The translations under genes and the position numbers were made by a program. From assembly GCA_009845425.1 (NCBI GenBank), contig VXZQ01000014.1:207783-271782 (forward strand): 64,000 nucleotides of DNA, given 5' to 3'. The stretch's first letter is position 1, and every line of letters begins with the position of its first letter. Source of the stretch: Holophagales bacterium (lineage in GTDB: Bacteria > Acidobacteriota > Thermoanaerobaculia > Multivoradales > Multivoraceae). Below the pieces are notes generated by a model. That model saw nothing but the letters and a program-made list of their open reading frames with translations, was not told the origin of the DNA and ran no database searches. Of the stretch, positions 47,311 through 57,214 are shown one piece after another.

Positions 47311-48621
47311 TCAGCCGCCCGTGTTCTCCGCTTCGCCGAACACGCCGTCGAGCACAGCGCGCACGCGTGGCAGCAGGGGATAGGTCTCCGGGTCGGAGTC
47401 CGCGGCGGTGTAGCCGACCCACACGGCGACGACGTCGCGGTCCGGGTTGACGAGCAGCCCCTGGCCGGCCCAGCCGCCCTTGTAGACGTCGTCGTTCGTG
47501 AACACGAGGTCCCACTGGTAGACGTTGTGCCTGACGCCGGGCGGCCTGCCGCCGAAGCGGGCGTTCTCGAGCAGGTCCGGCCTGCCGCCATGGAGCAGCA
47601 GGTCGATGTGCTCTTCGGGCACGATCCGCTCCGATGAGACCTTTCCGTAGCTCGGCGTGAACAGGACCCCAAACCGGGCCATGTCCCGGGGCCGCGCCAG
47701 CAGACCGCCGGAAGTCAGCGCGATCCCGTACCGGTTGGCGTAGATCGAAGCGTCCGCCTCTGCGCCGATCCGCGTCCACACCTCGCGGCTCAGCGCGTCC
47801 TGGAACGGCATACCGGTGACTTCCTCGACCAGCCAGCCAGCCACGAAGGTGTTCGTGCCCGAGTAGTCGAAGCCCTTGCCCTGTTCGGCCCAGCGGCCGA
47901 CCCGGAGGTTCGAGAGCATCGTGTAGGGGTCGTCCGGCGTCCCTTCGCTCCGCACGGCGTCGCCCAGCGAGGCCTCGAACTGGTAGTAGCAGGTGCTGCG
48001 GTCTGTGTAGTCGCCGTCCGGGCAGTCGACGCCGGAGGCCATGTCGAGCACGTTGCGGACCGTGACGCCCTCGAAGTCCGAGCCCTTGAGCGCGGGCACG
48101 TAGCGGTCTACGGGTTGGGTGGGGTCGACCAGGCCGCGGTGCTCGAGGATCGCCACCAGCGTCGCCGGCAGGACCTTCGTGACCGACCACCAGATCGGTT
48201 TCTCGTGGGGCTGCATCCGCGGGTAGCGCTCGAACACGATGTCGCCGCGATGGAGGATGACGATGCCCATCGTCGTCGAGTGTTCGCCGTGCAGGTAGGC
48301 GTCGAACGTCAACTCGCCGGCCGGCGTGTCGACGGGATAGTCGGCGATGGCGGCCAGCGGCCGAACCGCCAGCTCGCTGACCGGGCCGTCGCGGTAGACG
48401 TTCACGGTCGGCACGACCTGGTGGAGGTTCCGGTTGCGCCAGGCCATCGCCTCGCCGGTCTGCGTCCACCAGACCTCGTCGGCGGGATCGGGCAAGGCGC
48501 GGTGCTGGCGGAGATTCTCCGCGACCGTCGAAGCGGGTTCGAAGTTCGGCACGGCCTCCTCCGCGGCCGTGCAGGCCGCGAGCACCAGTGACAAGCCGAG
48601 AATGAAGGTGCTTGGTCGCAT
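47311..48621 (-). CDS. Beta-lactamase-family serine hydrolase lipoprotein
   Basis: SxxK active-site motif (WWSVTK). Lipobox LAAC. Confidence 0.7.
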   Translation of the reverse strand: MRPSTFILGLSLVLAACTAAEEAVPNFEPASTVAENLRQHRALPDPADEVWWTQTGEAMAWRNRNLHQVVPTVNVYRDGPVSELAVRPLAAIADYPVDTPAGELTFDAYLHGEHSTTMGIVILHRGDIVFERYPRMQPHEKPIWWSVTKVLPATLVAILEHRGLVDPTQPVDRYVPALKGSDFEGVTVRNVLDMASGVDCPDGDYTDRSTCYYQFEASLGDAVRSEGTPDDPYTMLSNLRVGRWAEQGKGFDYSGTNTFVAGWLVEEVTGMPFQDALSREVWTRIGAEADASIYANRYGIALTSGGLLARPRDMARFGVLFTPSYGKVSSERIVPEEHIDLLLHGGRPDLLENARFGGRPPGVRHNVYQWDLVFTNDDVYKGGWAGQGLLVNPDRDVVAVWVGYTAADSDPETYPLLPRVRAVLDGVFGEAENTGG

Positions 48622-48647
48622 CGGGGCAGTCTAAGGTGCGATCCGCG

Positions 48648-49892
48648 TCAGTCGATCGTGCCCAGGTACTGCCAGATCGCTTCGAACTGTCGCGCCGCGT
48701 CGCCGTCGAAGACATCGTAGAGCCCGGTGTAGCCGTCTTCGTCGACGAACTGGGGCATCTTCGTGCCCGGCAGGATGCGCTGGGGGTCGCGGAGGAACCA
48801 GTCGAAGAACGGGCGCCGCAGGCGCCGGCGGACGAGGTCGAAGTTGATTGCCTCCTCGGTGCCCTCGCCGCCCAGCGCCGGTTCGTCGCCCAGGGCGTGG
48901 CAGGCATGGCATCCGAGGCGGTCGCCGCGGATGAGGTCGCTACCGACCGCGGCCAGCTCGGCGTCTACGGGTTCGGGCTCGGACGGCGACGCGGCCAGCC
49001 CGTGCTGATGGTGCAGCCCGACCGCGAAGAGGTCGGTCTCGTCGGGGGAGGCGGTCGCTCGCACTTCCGGGTGTGGGCGCGGAAGGTCGGCGGGGTGGCC
49101 TGCCAGGTAGTCCGCCAGCCAGTCTCCGCGGAACTTCTCGCCGGCCCAGGTCAGGTCCGGGGGAGCGTGGGTCGGCCCAGCGTCAGGGGCCGGCGGCCCG
49201 GAGGCGGGCGCGCCGTCCCTGCTGTGACAGACGAGGCAACCGTCTCGCCGGATTCGGCGTTCCGCGTACTCGGCCGGCACGACCCGGGCGAGAGACACGG
49301 CGTCCTCGGCAACGAGATCACGCGCCGCCCGCCGGGACCGGCCCCGGTCGAGCGCCGTCGAGCCGGCGTGTCGGAGGGACGCCGGAGGCACCGGCTCCTC
49401 CGGGAGATAGTCGTTGCCCCAGGTGAGACGCATCGAAGCGTCGCCGCGGGCCGGACTGCTGTAGACCAGTTCGACCGGGTTGAGGCCCTTGATCAGTCGC
49501 ACTTCGCCGGTGGTGGCGGCCGGCGCACCGTCGCCCGGCAGAGCGTCGCCCTCGAGGACGACCTGCCCACCGATGCTCAAGCGGACGCCGCCGTTGCCGC
49601 GGATGGCGAAGCGAAAGGAGTCGTTCAGCTCGAGGTCGATGGCGCCGCGGAAGGTGGCCTCGAACGGGCCCGGTTCGAGGAACGGGCTGGATGGCTCGCC
49701 CTCGGGTACGTAGAGCGCGGCGAGCCGCGCGACGCGGGCGTCCGTCGCCTCGCTGGCGCGTGAGCGGAGAACGAGTGCCAGGCCGGGCCGGTCGAGGTCA
49801 CCCGCGGCCGCCTGCGTGGGCTGTCCGGACACCGCGTCGGCGGAGGTCGCCGCCAGCAGGGGCAGGAAGGCGAGCCCGCGGAAGAGCACCAT
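48648..49892 (-). CDS. Secreted diheme c-type cytochrome domain protein
   Basis: Two CxxCH motifs (CLVCH, CHACH). Signal peptide. Directly downstream of the sugar-dehydrogenase-like gene. Confidence 0.7.
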   Translation of the reverse strand: MVLFRGLAFLPLLAATSADAVSGQPTQAAAGDLDRPGLALVLRSRASEATDARVARLAALYVPEGEPSSPFLEPGPFEATFRGAIDLELNDSFRFAIRGNGGVRLSIGGQVVLEGDALPGDGAPAATTGEVRLIKGLNPVELVYSSPARGDASMRLTWGNDYLPEEPVPPASLRHAGSTALDRGRSRRAARDLVAEDAVSLARVVPAEYAERRIRRDGCLVCHSRDGAPASGPPAPDAGPTHAPPDLTWAGEKFRGDWLADYLAGHPADLPRPHPEVRATASPDETDLFAVGLHHQHGLAASPSEPEPVDAELAAVGSDLIRGDRLGCHACHALGDEPALGGEGTEEAINFDLVRRRLRRPFFDWFLRDPQRILPGTKMPQFVDEDGYTGLYDVFDGDAARQFEAIWQYLGTID

Positions 49893-49908
49893 GAGTCCGG
49901 CGCCCCGT

Positions 49909-52278
49909 TCAGTCGGCGCCCGCGAGAATCTCGGCGCCGCGCCGGGAGCCCAGTTCGTGGATTGTGCCGTGGACGAACTCCCGGATCCGCGCGCCGTCCC
50001 TGCTTCTCAGGTTCATCTCCAGGTGGAACTGCTGCGCCGGCAGGATGTCGGGGATCTCGATGAACACGGAGCGGCCGTCCTCCGAAAGAGTGGCGGACGG
50101 GATCGCGAGATCGTCCTCACCCACGCCCTCGCCGAGGACGCGGTAGTCCTCGGAGCCGTAGCTCGCCTGGCGCAGGTACTGCCAGATCCGCATCGAGTAG
50201 TTGCCCGGGTCGACGGCCGCGTCCGGGTCGAGTTCGGTGCTGAAGCGGACGACGATGCCGTCGCGGGCGGTCTCGTAGGCCACCGGGATGCGCAGCGGCT
50301 GGTCCGTGCGCCGCACGCGGTAGAAGCCGCCGGGCTGGGTGCGGTCGCCGGCCCAGGCGAACAGGCCGCAAACGTAGAGATGGTCGTCGGCGGGGTTGAA
50401 ACGGCCCCGGATCAGGCCGGTGGGCGCGGCCGTTACCGGCAGTTCGGCGACCGCCGCCTGGCGGGGCGGGCCGTCGCCTCGAGGAAAGGCCCGGTCGAAG
50501 AGCACGGAGAACATCTTGCCGTTGCCGTAGGAGAGGTAGATCAGGGAGGCGTCGAGTTCGCTCCAGCGCTGGCTTCGCACCCATACCGGGGCGGACGGCG
50601 AGCGGTCCACGTCGTGGTGAATCCAGGTCACCGGCTGGACGAAGTCTTCCGGGTGGTGGTCGGGCTCCCGCCAGGCTCGCATGTAGCCGTGGAACGTCCC
50701 GGGTTCGACCCAGTTGATTCGGTTCTCGGGAATCCAGTGCCCCTCCTGGTCGGTCACGATCACGCTGCCGTCCGGGTTGACGACCAGGCCGTTCGGCGCC
50801 CTGAACCCGTTGGCGACGATCTCCGTCTCGGAACCGTCGGCCGCGACCTTGAGGATCGTGCCGTGCTGGGGCACGCGGGCATCGAAGTCATGCCCGGCGC
50901 CTTTGGCGTAGTAGAAGTTGCCCTCCGCGTCCGCTTCCAGGCCGACCGCGAACTCGTGGAAGTGGGCCGAGGCCTGGGCGTCGTGGTTGAACGCCTCATA
51001 TTGGTCCGCCTCGCCGTCGCCGTTCAGGTCATGCAGTCGGGTGATCTGGTCGCGCGAGGTCACGAAGATCTCGCCGCCGCGCGTGTTCACGCCGAGCGGT
51101 TCGTACATCCCCGTGGCGAAGCGTTTCCAGGTGACGGCGCCGATCTCTTCGCCGCCCAGTCCGTCGACGATCCAGACATCACCCATCCAGGTCGCGACGA
51201 CAGCCCGCCGGCCGCCGTCGAGGAAGTCAAAGCCGCCGAGGCGCATCCAGGCGCGGTACGGATTCTCGAGTGGCGTGGTGATCGCTTCGAGTTCGAGGGG
51301 ACCGCCCCGGCGGCCGAGGACGCGGCTCTCGGTCGTGACCGTCTCGGTCCAGCGTGCGGGACCGCCACGGGTCAGTGGCTTGAGATCGATTGCCGGGTCA
51401 ACTCCCGCGGTTCGGGCCAGGAGTCCGGCGTTCGACCGGCCGCGCCGCCCGATCACGACCTTGAATCGGACCGGTTCGTCGCCGGCGTGAACTCTCAGAC
51501 GGAGGTCGTCGCCGTCGCCTTCGACCCACTGGACCGGCGGTGGCGCACCGACCAGAGCGGCGACGACGGGTCCGCTTTGCTCGCCTCGATCCGCCGCGTT
51601 CGGTCGGGGCTGGCGAAAGCCGGCGGCTTCGCCGTCGGTCCAGGCCCGGCCGCCCTGTTGATGCGCCACCTGAACGACAAGGTCCACGTTCCGGGGCCCG
51701 ATGTTCAGCGTTCGACTGAAGAGCCCGCCGCCTTCCGAGGCGCCGAGTTCCAGGATCTCCGTACCGCCCACCCGATAGTGCAGTACCACCTGGGAGCCAT
51801 GAACGTAGTGCCCGAGCCAGCGGGCGACGTCGGAATCCTGCGGTCCGAAGCGGCGGCCGCCGCGGCCCGTGATGCGGGTGTCGCGGAAGTCGTCGCCCGC
51901 CCGCGACCAGCCCGGCGCGTCCGGGTTCGTGAACACCATGTCTCCGACCAGCGCCGGCTCCACGACGTGCCTGCCGTTGTAGTTGATCGAGTTCCAGTCC
52001 ATGAGGCCGGGCCCGGTCCAGCCCGCCGCCCAGCGCAGGGTGTCCGTGTCGAACAGCAGGAACTCGGTGCCCTTGGCGACGCCTCCCGGGCCGTCGTCGA
52101 CGCGAATCGCGATGCCCTTGTTCGCGTTGTTGTCCGGTTCGACGATGTAGGAGTGGACCTTGAACGGCCCGTAGTCCATGTCGGACCAGGGGTTGCCGGT
52201 CAACTCTTGGGCGCCGGCAGCGCCGGCGAGTACAACGGCGGCTGCGACCGGCAGGCCGGCGGCGGTCAGATGTCGCAT
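49909..52278 (-). CDS. Soluble glucose/sorbosone dehydrogenase-like beta-propeller protein (putative membrane-bound dehydrogenase domain), secreted
   Basis: Signal peptide at MRHLTAAG (52278). SGDH-like motifs NGLVVNPDGSVIVTDQEGH ... WVEPGTFHGY. Confidence 0.7.
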   Translation of the reverse strand: MRHLTAAGLPVAAAVVLAGAAGAQELTGNPWSDMDYGPFKVHSYIVEPDNNANKGIAIRVDDGPGGVAKGTEFLLFDTDTLRWAAGWTGPGLMDWNSINYNGRHVVEPALVGDMVFTNPDAPGWSRAGDDFRDTRITGRGGRRFGPQDSDVARWLGHYVHGSQVVLHYRVGGTEILELGASEGGGLFSRTLNIGPRNVDLVVQVAHQQGGRAWTDGEAAGFRQPRPNAADRGEQSGPVVAALVGAPPPVQWVEGDGDDLRLRVHAGDEPVRFKVVIGRRGRSNAGLLARTAGVDPAIDLKPLTRGGPARWTETVTTESRVLGRRGGPLELEAITTPLENPYRAWMRLGGFDFLDGGRRAVVATWMGDVWIVDGLGGEEIGAVTWKRFATGMYEPLGVNTRGGEIFVTSRDQITRLHDLNGDGEADQYEAFNHDAQASAHFHEFAVGLEADAEGNFYYAKGAGHDFDARVPQHGTILKVAADGSETEIVANGFRAPNGLVVNPDGSVIVTDQEGHWIPENRINWVEPGTFHGYMRAWREPDHHPEDFVQPVTWIHHDVDRSPSAPVWVRSQRWSELDASLIYLSYGNGKMFSVLFDRAFPRGDGPPRQAAVAELPVTAAPTGLIRGRFNPADDHLYVCGLFAWAGDRTQPGGFYRVRRTDQPLRIPVAYETARDGIVVRFSTELDPDAAVDPGNYSMRIWQYLRQASYGSEDYRVLGEGVGEDDLAIPSATLSEDGRSVFIEIPDILPAQQFHLEMNLRSRDGARIREFVHGTIHELGSRRGAEILAGAD

Positions 52279-52429
52279 CGGGCCGGAGGATTCTAGCCGT
52301 GCGCGGTCCTCTCTCGACGGTGTGGTGGTAGCGTCGAACCGGCGACGGGACTCGTACTCTTGGGTGCGCTCAAGAAGCGCGGGTCGTCCGCTTGAGTTCT
52401 GTGACGGTTTCATCGAGTAGGAGCGAAGC

Positions 52430-52654
52430 ATGTCGAGCCCCAGGATCGCTGACCTGACAGTGAGTGAGTTCAAGGACCTGGTACACGAAGCCGTCACGCA
52501 CTCCATCGCCGAGTTGCTTGGCGACCCCGATCGGGGCCTGGAACTACGGAACGACTTCGCCGAGGAACTCAGGAAGTCGCTGGCCGACCCTGAGGCTGGG
52601 GGCGGGACAATGGGCCTCTCTGAGGTTGCGGCAAACCTCGGATCCCCTCATTGA
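52430..52654 (+). CDS. Putative type II antitoxin
   Basis: 74-aa ORF. TTGA overlap with the downstream RelE/ParE gene. Confidence 0.5.
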   Translation: MSSPRIADLTVSEFKDLVHEAVTHSIAELLGDPDRGLELRNDFAEELRKSLADPEAGGGTMGLSEVAANLGSPH

Positions 52655-52926
52655 CGTTCGAGGTTGCGCTCACGGCCGGAGCGGCGTCCGATCTTCGCCG
52701 TCTCGATCCCGCCGTTGCCAGCCGGATCGTCCGTAGGCTCCGCTGGTTGGCGGAGAATGCCGACTCAATCAAGCCCGAACGGTTGACAGGCCGCTGGCGG
52801 GGAGTCCTCAAGCTACGGGTGGGCGCCTACCGGGTCCTCTACACCCGCGACATCTCCGAGCGCCGGCTTGTGGTCCACTTCGTCAGACACCGGCGCGGCG
52901 TGTACAAGATCGGCGAGAAGGGCTAG
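52651..52926 (+). CDS. RelE/ParE family type II toxin
   Basis: LKLRVGAYRVLYTRDISERRLVVHFVRHRRGVYK is a RelE/ParE-fold signature. TTG start. Confidence 0.75.
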   Translation: MTFEVALTAGAASDLRRLDPAVASRIVRRLRWLAENADSIKPERLTGRWRGVLKLRVGAYRVLYTRDISERRLVVHFVRHRRGVYKIGEKG

Positions 52927-52947
52927 AGCGCGTCCGTGCCCCTCGTC

Positions 52948-53154
52948 TTACCGGAGGGGTGCCAGGTCCGGATCGAGCAGCCGATCTTCCCGGAGTTGCT
53001 TCAGGTCGATGTTGAAGCGGACCTTTCCTCGAAGCGCGAGTAGCTTCGAGTAGATGTCGGACAGGCCAGTGTGGCGGGTGCCTTCCATGCCGTTGACCGT
53101 ACCAGCTTCCCTGCCTGGCGGTTGACGCGGGAGCCGGCGGAAGCTACGTTCCAC
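52948..53154 (-). CDS. Small ORF, possible toxin-antitoxin-related remnant
   Basis: 68 aa. No recognisable motif. Adjacent to the toxin-antitoxin pair. Confidence 0.2.
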   Translation of the reverse strand: MERSFRRLPRQPPGREAGTVNGMEGTRHTGLSDIYSKLLALRGKVRFNIDLKQLREDRLLDPDLAPLR

Positions 53155-53160
53155 CGCACG

Positions 53161-53697
53161 ATGAAGAAGTCACTTCTGTGGATGGGCGCGGCGATCCTCG
53201 GCCTGGTGCTGCTCGCTATCGGCTACGGAGCTGGCTGGCTCGTCCACGCCACCGGTGTCGGGCGTACCGTTCCGCTGGAGGAACTCTCGGAGCGTGAGCG
53301 GGCGTTTGCGGAGCGGATGCAGAACGTCGACCTGGTCGGCCACTTCACGATCGAGGGGATCGAGGGCCTGGAAGATGTCGAGGGTGTCAGCCGCGACAAG
53401 AACCCGGAGCGTTACGAGATCGCAAGCGTCTCGAAGCTCGAGGGGGAGGGGGACCGCTGGCGCTTCGACGTCCGGGTCGTCTACATGACGGTCGACGTCA
53501 CTCTGCCCGTCGTCGTGCCGATCGTCTGGGCCGGTGATACGCCGATGGTCAGCATCACGGACTTCGAGCTACCGGGCCTTGGCGACCAGTTCGGGGCGCG
53601 GGTCCTGTTCTACGACGAGCGTTACGCCGGGACCTGGGACCACGGGCCGTACGGCGGCCTGATGTACGGGATGATCGAGCCAGCGGGGACCGAGTAG
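53161..53697 (+). CDS. Hypothetical membrane-anchored protein
   Basis: MKKSLLWMGAAILGLVLLAIGYGAGWLV signal-anchor. Start at ATG 53161. Confidence 0.5.
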   Translation: MKKSLLWMGAAILGLVLLAIGYGAGWLVHATGVGRTVPLEELSERERAFAERMQNVDLVGHFTIEGIEGLEDVEGVSRDKNPERYEIASVSKLEGEGDRWRFDVRVVYMTVDVTLPVVVPIVWAGDTPMVSITDFELPGLGDQFGARVLFYDERYAGTWDHGPYGGLMYGMIEPAGTE

Positions 53698-53701
53698 CCG
53701 C

Positions 53702-56700
53702 TTACCAGGTGTCGACGTTGCGGCGCTTCTTGCCGTCGCGGACCGGGGGCGGCGGCACGGAGTCGAGAGAGCGGGCGATCCAGCGCCGCGAGTCGGCAGG
53801 GTCGATCACGTCGTCGACGGCGAAGGAGGCGCCGGCAGTCAGGGCGCTGCCCCGCTCGTAGGCGGCGGCGACCAGCTCCTCGTAGCGGGCGCGGCGCTCC
53901 TCGGGGTCCTCGATCGCCGCCAGTTCGTTGCGGAAGCCGAGCTTCACCTGACCTTCCAGGCCCATGCCGCCGAACTCGGCGGTGGGCCAGGCGACGGTGA
54001 AGAAGGGCTCCTTCAGGTCGCCGCCGGCCATGGCCTGGGCGCCGAGCCCGTAGGCCTTGCGCAGCACGATCGTCAGGGATGGCACCGTGATGTTGGCGCC
54101 GACGACGAACAACCGGCAGCAGTGCCGCACCAGGGCGGTGCGCTCGATCTCGGGGCCGACCATCATGCCGGGGGTGTCGCAAAGCACGAGGACCGGAATG
54201 TCGAAGGCATCGCAGAGCTGGAGGAAGCGGGCGCCCTTGTCCGAGCCGTCGCTGTCGATGGCGCCCGAAAGGAACTCGGGGTTGTTGGCGAGAATGCCCA
54301 CCGGCCGGCCTTCGATCCGGACCAGGGCGGTCACCATTCCCAGGCCGAACTCGGGGCGCAGTTCCAGCACGCTGCCGGTGTCGGCCAAGGTGTGGATCAC
54401 TTCCCGGATGTCGTAGACGCGCAGGCGGTTCTCGGGGACGATCCGCCGCAGGAGCCGCTGATCGGGCGCTTCCCAGTCGTCCGTGCGGCCCTGGAAGTAG
54501 GACAGGTACTGCCTGGCGGCGTCGACCGCTTCCTCTTCGTTCTCGACCGCGATGTCGACGACGCCGTTCGGCACCTGAACGTCCATCGGCCCGACTTCTT
54601 CCGGCCGGAACACGCCCAGGCCGCCGCCCTCGATCAGGGCCGGGCCGCCCATGCCGATGCTCGAGTCGGCGGTGGCGATGATCACGTCGCAGCAGCCGAG
54701 CAGCGCCGCGTTGCCGGCGAAGCAGAAGCGGGACGTGATGCCGACGATCGGCACCAGGCCGGAGAGCCGCGCGAAGGAGGTGAAGGTCGGTGTGTCGAGC
54801 GGCCGGTACGTCTCGTCGCTGCGGCCCTGGCCGGCCCTGGTCGTCGAGGCGCCGCCCTTCCGCTTGCCGCCCGTGCCGGCGCGGCCGCCTCCGCCCTCGG
54901 CGAACAGTACGACCGGGCGCTTCCAGCGATGGGCCAGTTCGACCATCCGGTCGGTCTTCGGGTGGTTGATCGCGCCTTGGGTGCCGGCGAGGACGGTGTA
55001 GTCGTAGGCCATGACGACGCAGCGGGAGCGGTCGTCCGGGAACAGCTCGCCGTTGATCGAGCCGACGCCGGTGATCATCCCGTCGGTCGGGAACTTGCGG
55101 ATGACCTCTTCCTTCGGGAGGCCGGTGCCGGGTGTGAGCACGAGTTGCCCGTGCTCGACGAAGCTGCCCTCGTCGCAGAGTTGGTCGATGTTCTCGCGCG
55201 CGGTCCGCTGGTTCGTGTTGCGTCGCTTCCGGACCGCCTCGGGCCGGGCGTCGTCGAGGGTCACCGCGTGGCGCTCGAGCACCTCGGCGAGGTCGGGCCG
55301 GACGGCGTCGAGGTCGATCTCGCCCTCTTCGTCGCCGGTCGCGGCCGCCACGTCGCGTTCTTCGATCAGGGCGAGGACGTGGCCTTCCCAGACCGCATCG
55401 CCGACGGCCGCGCGAAGACCGCGGAGCACGCCGCCGACGTCCGATCGGATCTCGTGCTCCATCTTCATTGCTTCCATGACGAAGAGGATCTGGCCCTCTG
55501 CGATCTCCTGACCGGGTTCCGCCTCGAGGCTGAGCACCGTGCCCTGCATGGGCGCCCGTAGCGCGGTGAGCCCCTCGGGAACCGGCGTCGAGTCGACGGG
55601 CGGCGGTTCGACGGTCTGTAGACCCGCCGAGGGAGTGCTCGACTTGCCGTGATCGAGCACGGCGAGCGGATCGACCGAATCGACCTTGACGCCGGCAAGG
55701 CCGCGTCCCTCGCCGTCGCCGGTCTTGACCGCCTGGCAGGGGCGTTCGTCAAAGACGGTGGCGGCCTGGACCAGTTCGGGCAGCCGTTCGTCGACGAAGC
55801 GGGTGTGGACATGCCAGGCCTGAACCTCGGCGTGCTCCAGAAGTGCCCGCAGGAAGGAAGTGTTCGTGTCGATGCCGTCGGTTCTGAAGTCGCCGAGGGC
55901 GCGGGAGGTCCGGGCCAGCGCGGCGCCGAGTTCGACTCCCGGTGTGTGGCCCACGACCTTCGCGAGTAGGGAGTCGAAGCGGGGATTCGTCTGGTAACCG
56001 GCGTAACCGAAGGTGTCCGTGCGCACCCCCGGTCCGGAGGGCGGCTCGAACGCGGCCAGGATCCCTCCGCCCGGGACCACGCGGCCGTCCGCCGTCATCG
56101 TCTCCATGTTGACCCGGGCCTGGACCGCGTGGCCGCGCGGCTCGGCCGCGCCGTCCCCGCCGAAGCCCAGGTCGGCGAGCAGTTGGCCGCGGGCGAGTTC
56201 GAGCTGGAGGTGGACGAGGTCGACGCCGAACACCTCTTCGGTCACCGTGTGCTCGACCTGCAGACGGGCGTTCGCTTCGATGAAGTAGAACCGCGGCTCG
56301 GCGGAGGCCTCGCTTCCCGCTTCGACCAGGAACTCGATCGTGCCCAGGTTGCGGTAGCCGGCAGCGGCGGTGAGGGTGAGCGCCGCCTCGTGTAACGCCT
56401 GTCGCAACTCGTCCGCCAGCGCCGGCGCGGGTGCGATCTCGATCAGCTTCTGGTGGCGGCGCTGCAGGCTGCAGTCGCGGTCGCCGAAGTGGCGCACCGC
56501 GCCGCTGTCGTCGGCGGCGACCTGCACCTCCACATGGCGCACGGCCGCCAGCAGTTGCTCGACGAAGACGCCGTCCGTGTCGAACGCCGCGCCGGCCTCG
56601 GAGGTCGCGCGCCGGTAGGCGTCCTCGATCTCACCCGCCGTTCGGACGACTCTCATCCCGCGACCGCCGCCGCCCCCGACCGCCTTGACCAGCATCGAGG

Positions 56701-57151
56701 CACCGGCCGGCAGTCCGTCGAAGAACGAGCGGGCCTGTTCCAGGGTCACCGCCTCGGAGACTCCCGGAACGACCGGAATGCCCTGGCGCTCCGCGAGGTC
56801 GCGCGCCCGCGCCTTGTCGCCGAACAGCTCCAGCGCTTCCGGCGGCGGGCCGACGAAGCGGATGCCGGCATCGATGCAGGAGCGGGCGAAGCCGGCGTTC
56901 TCGCTCAGAAAGCCGTAGCCGGGATGGATCGCGTCGCAGCCGTGCTCACCGGCGACGCGGAGCAGTTCCTCGCCGTGGAGGTAGGCGGCCGGGCCGGTGC
57001 CGGAGAGCGCCGTCGACTCGTCCGTCCTCGCCGCGTGGAGCGACCGCGCGTCGTCCTCCGAGAAGACGGCGACGGTCGGGATACCGAGTTCCGCCGCGGC
57101 GCGGGCTATGCGGACCGCGATCTCGCCGCGGTTGGCGATCAGGAGCTTCAT
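53702..57151 (-). CDS. Single-chain multidomain biotin-dependent acyl-CoA carboxylase (biotin carboxylase + BCCP + carboxyltransferase; LCC-like)
   Basis: N-terminal biotin carboxylase (MKLLIANRGEIAVRI). Biotinyl-Lys motif EAMKMEHEI. C-terminal carboxyltransferase domains. 1149 aa in one ORF. Confidence 0.85.
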   Translation of the reverse strand: MKLLIANRGEIAVRIARAAAELGIPTVAVFSEDDARSLHAARTDESTALSGTGPAAYLHGEELLRVAGEHGCDAIHPGYGFLSENAGFARSCIDAGIRFVGPPPEALELFGDKARARDLAERQGIPVVPGVSEAVTLEQARSFFDGLPAGASMLVKAVGGGGGRGMRVVRTAGEIEDAYRRATSEAGAAFDTDGVFVEQLLAAVRHVEVQVAADDSGAVRHFGDRDCSLQRRHQKLIEIAPAPALADELRQALHEAALTLTAAAGYRNLGTIEFLVEAGSEASAEPRFYFIEANARLQVEHTVTEEVFGVDLVHLQLELARGQLLADLGFGGDGAAEPRGHAVQARVNMETMTADGRVVPGGGILAAFEPPSGPGVRTDTFGYAGYQTNPRFDSLLAKVVGHTPGVELGAALARTSRALGDFRTDGIDTNTSFLRALLEHAEVQAWHVHTRFVDERLPELVQAATVFDERPCQAVKTGDGEGRGLAGVKVDSVDPLAVLDHGKSSTPSAGLQTVEPPPVDSTPVPEGLTALRAPMQGTVLSLEAEPGQEIAEGQILFVMEAMKMEHEIRSDVGGVLRGLRAAVGDAVWEGHVLALIEERDVAAATGDEEGEIDLDAVRPDLAEVLERHAVTLDDARPEAVRKRRNTNQRTARENIDQLCDEGSFVEHGQLVLTPGTGLPKEEVIRKFPTDGMITGVGSINGELFPDDRSRCVVMAYDYTVLAGTQGAINHPKTDRMVELAHRWKRPVVLFAEGGGGRAGTGGKRKGGASTTRAGQGRSDETYRPLDTPTFTSFARLSGLVPIVGITSRFCFAGNAALLGCCDVIIATADSSIGMGGPALIEGGGLGVFRPEEVGPMDVQVPNGVVDIAVENEEEAVDAARQYLSYFQGRTDDWEAPDQRLLRRIVPENRLRVYDIREVIHTLADTGSVLELRPEFGLGMVTALVRIEGRPVGILANNPEFLSGAIDSDGSDKGARFLQLCDAFDIPVLVLCDTPGMMVGPEIERTALVRHCCRLFVVGANITVPSLTIVLRKAYGLGAQAMAGGDLKEPFFTVAWPTAEFGGMGLEGQVKLGFRNELAAIEDPEERRARYEELVAAAYERGSALTAGASFAVDDVIDPADSRRWIARSLDSVPPPPVRDGKKRRNVDTW

Positions 57152-57214
57152 GGAACTACGCGAACATCTCAGACCCGGAGGGGCGGCTCGGAAGGGCCGC
57201 TATCCTACGCCCCC

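Noticed and set aside
52948-53154. Small minus-strand ORF as a genuine second antitoxin
   Set aside because: No recognisable antitoxin fold motif. Kept only as a low-confidence feature.
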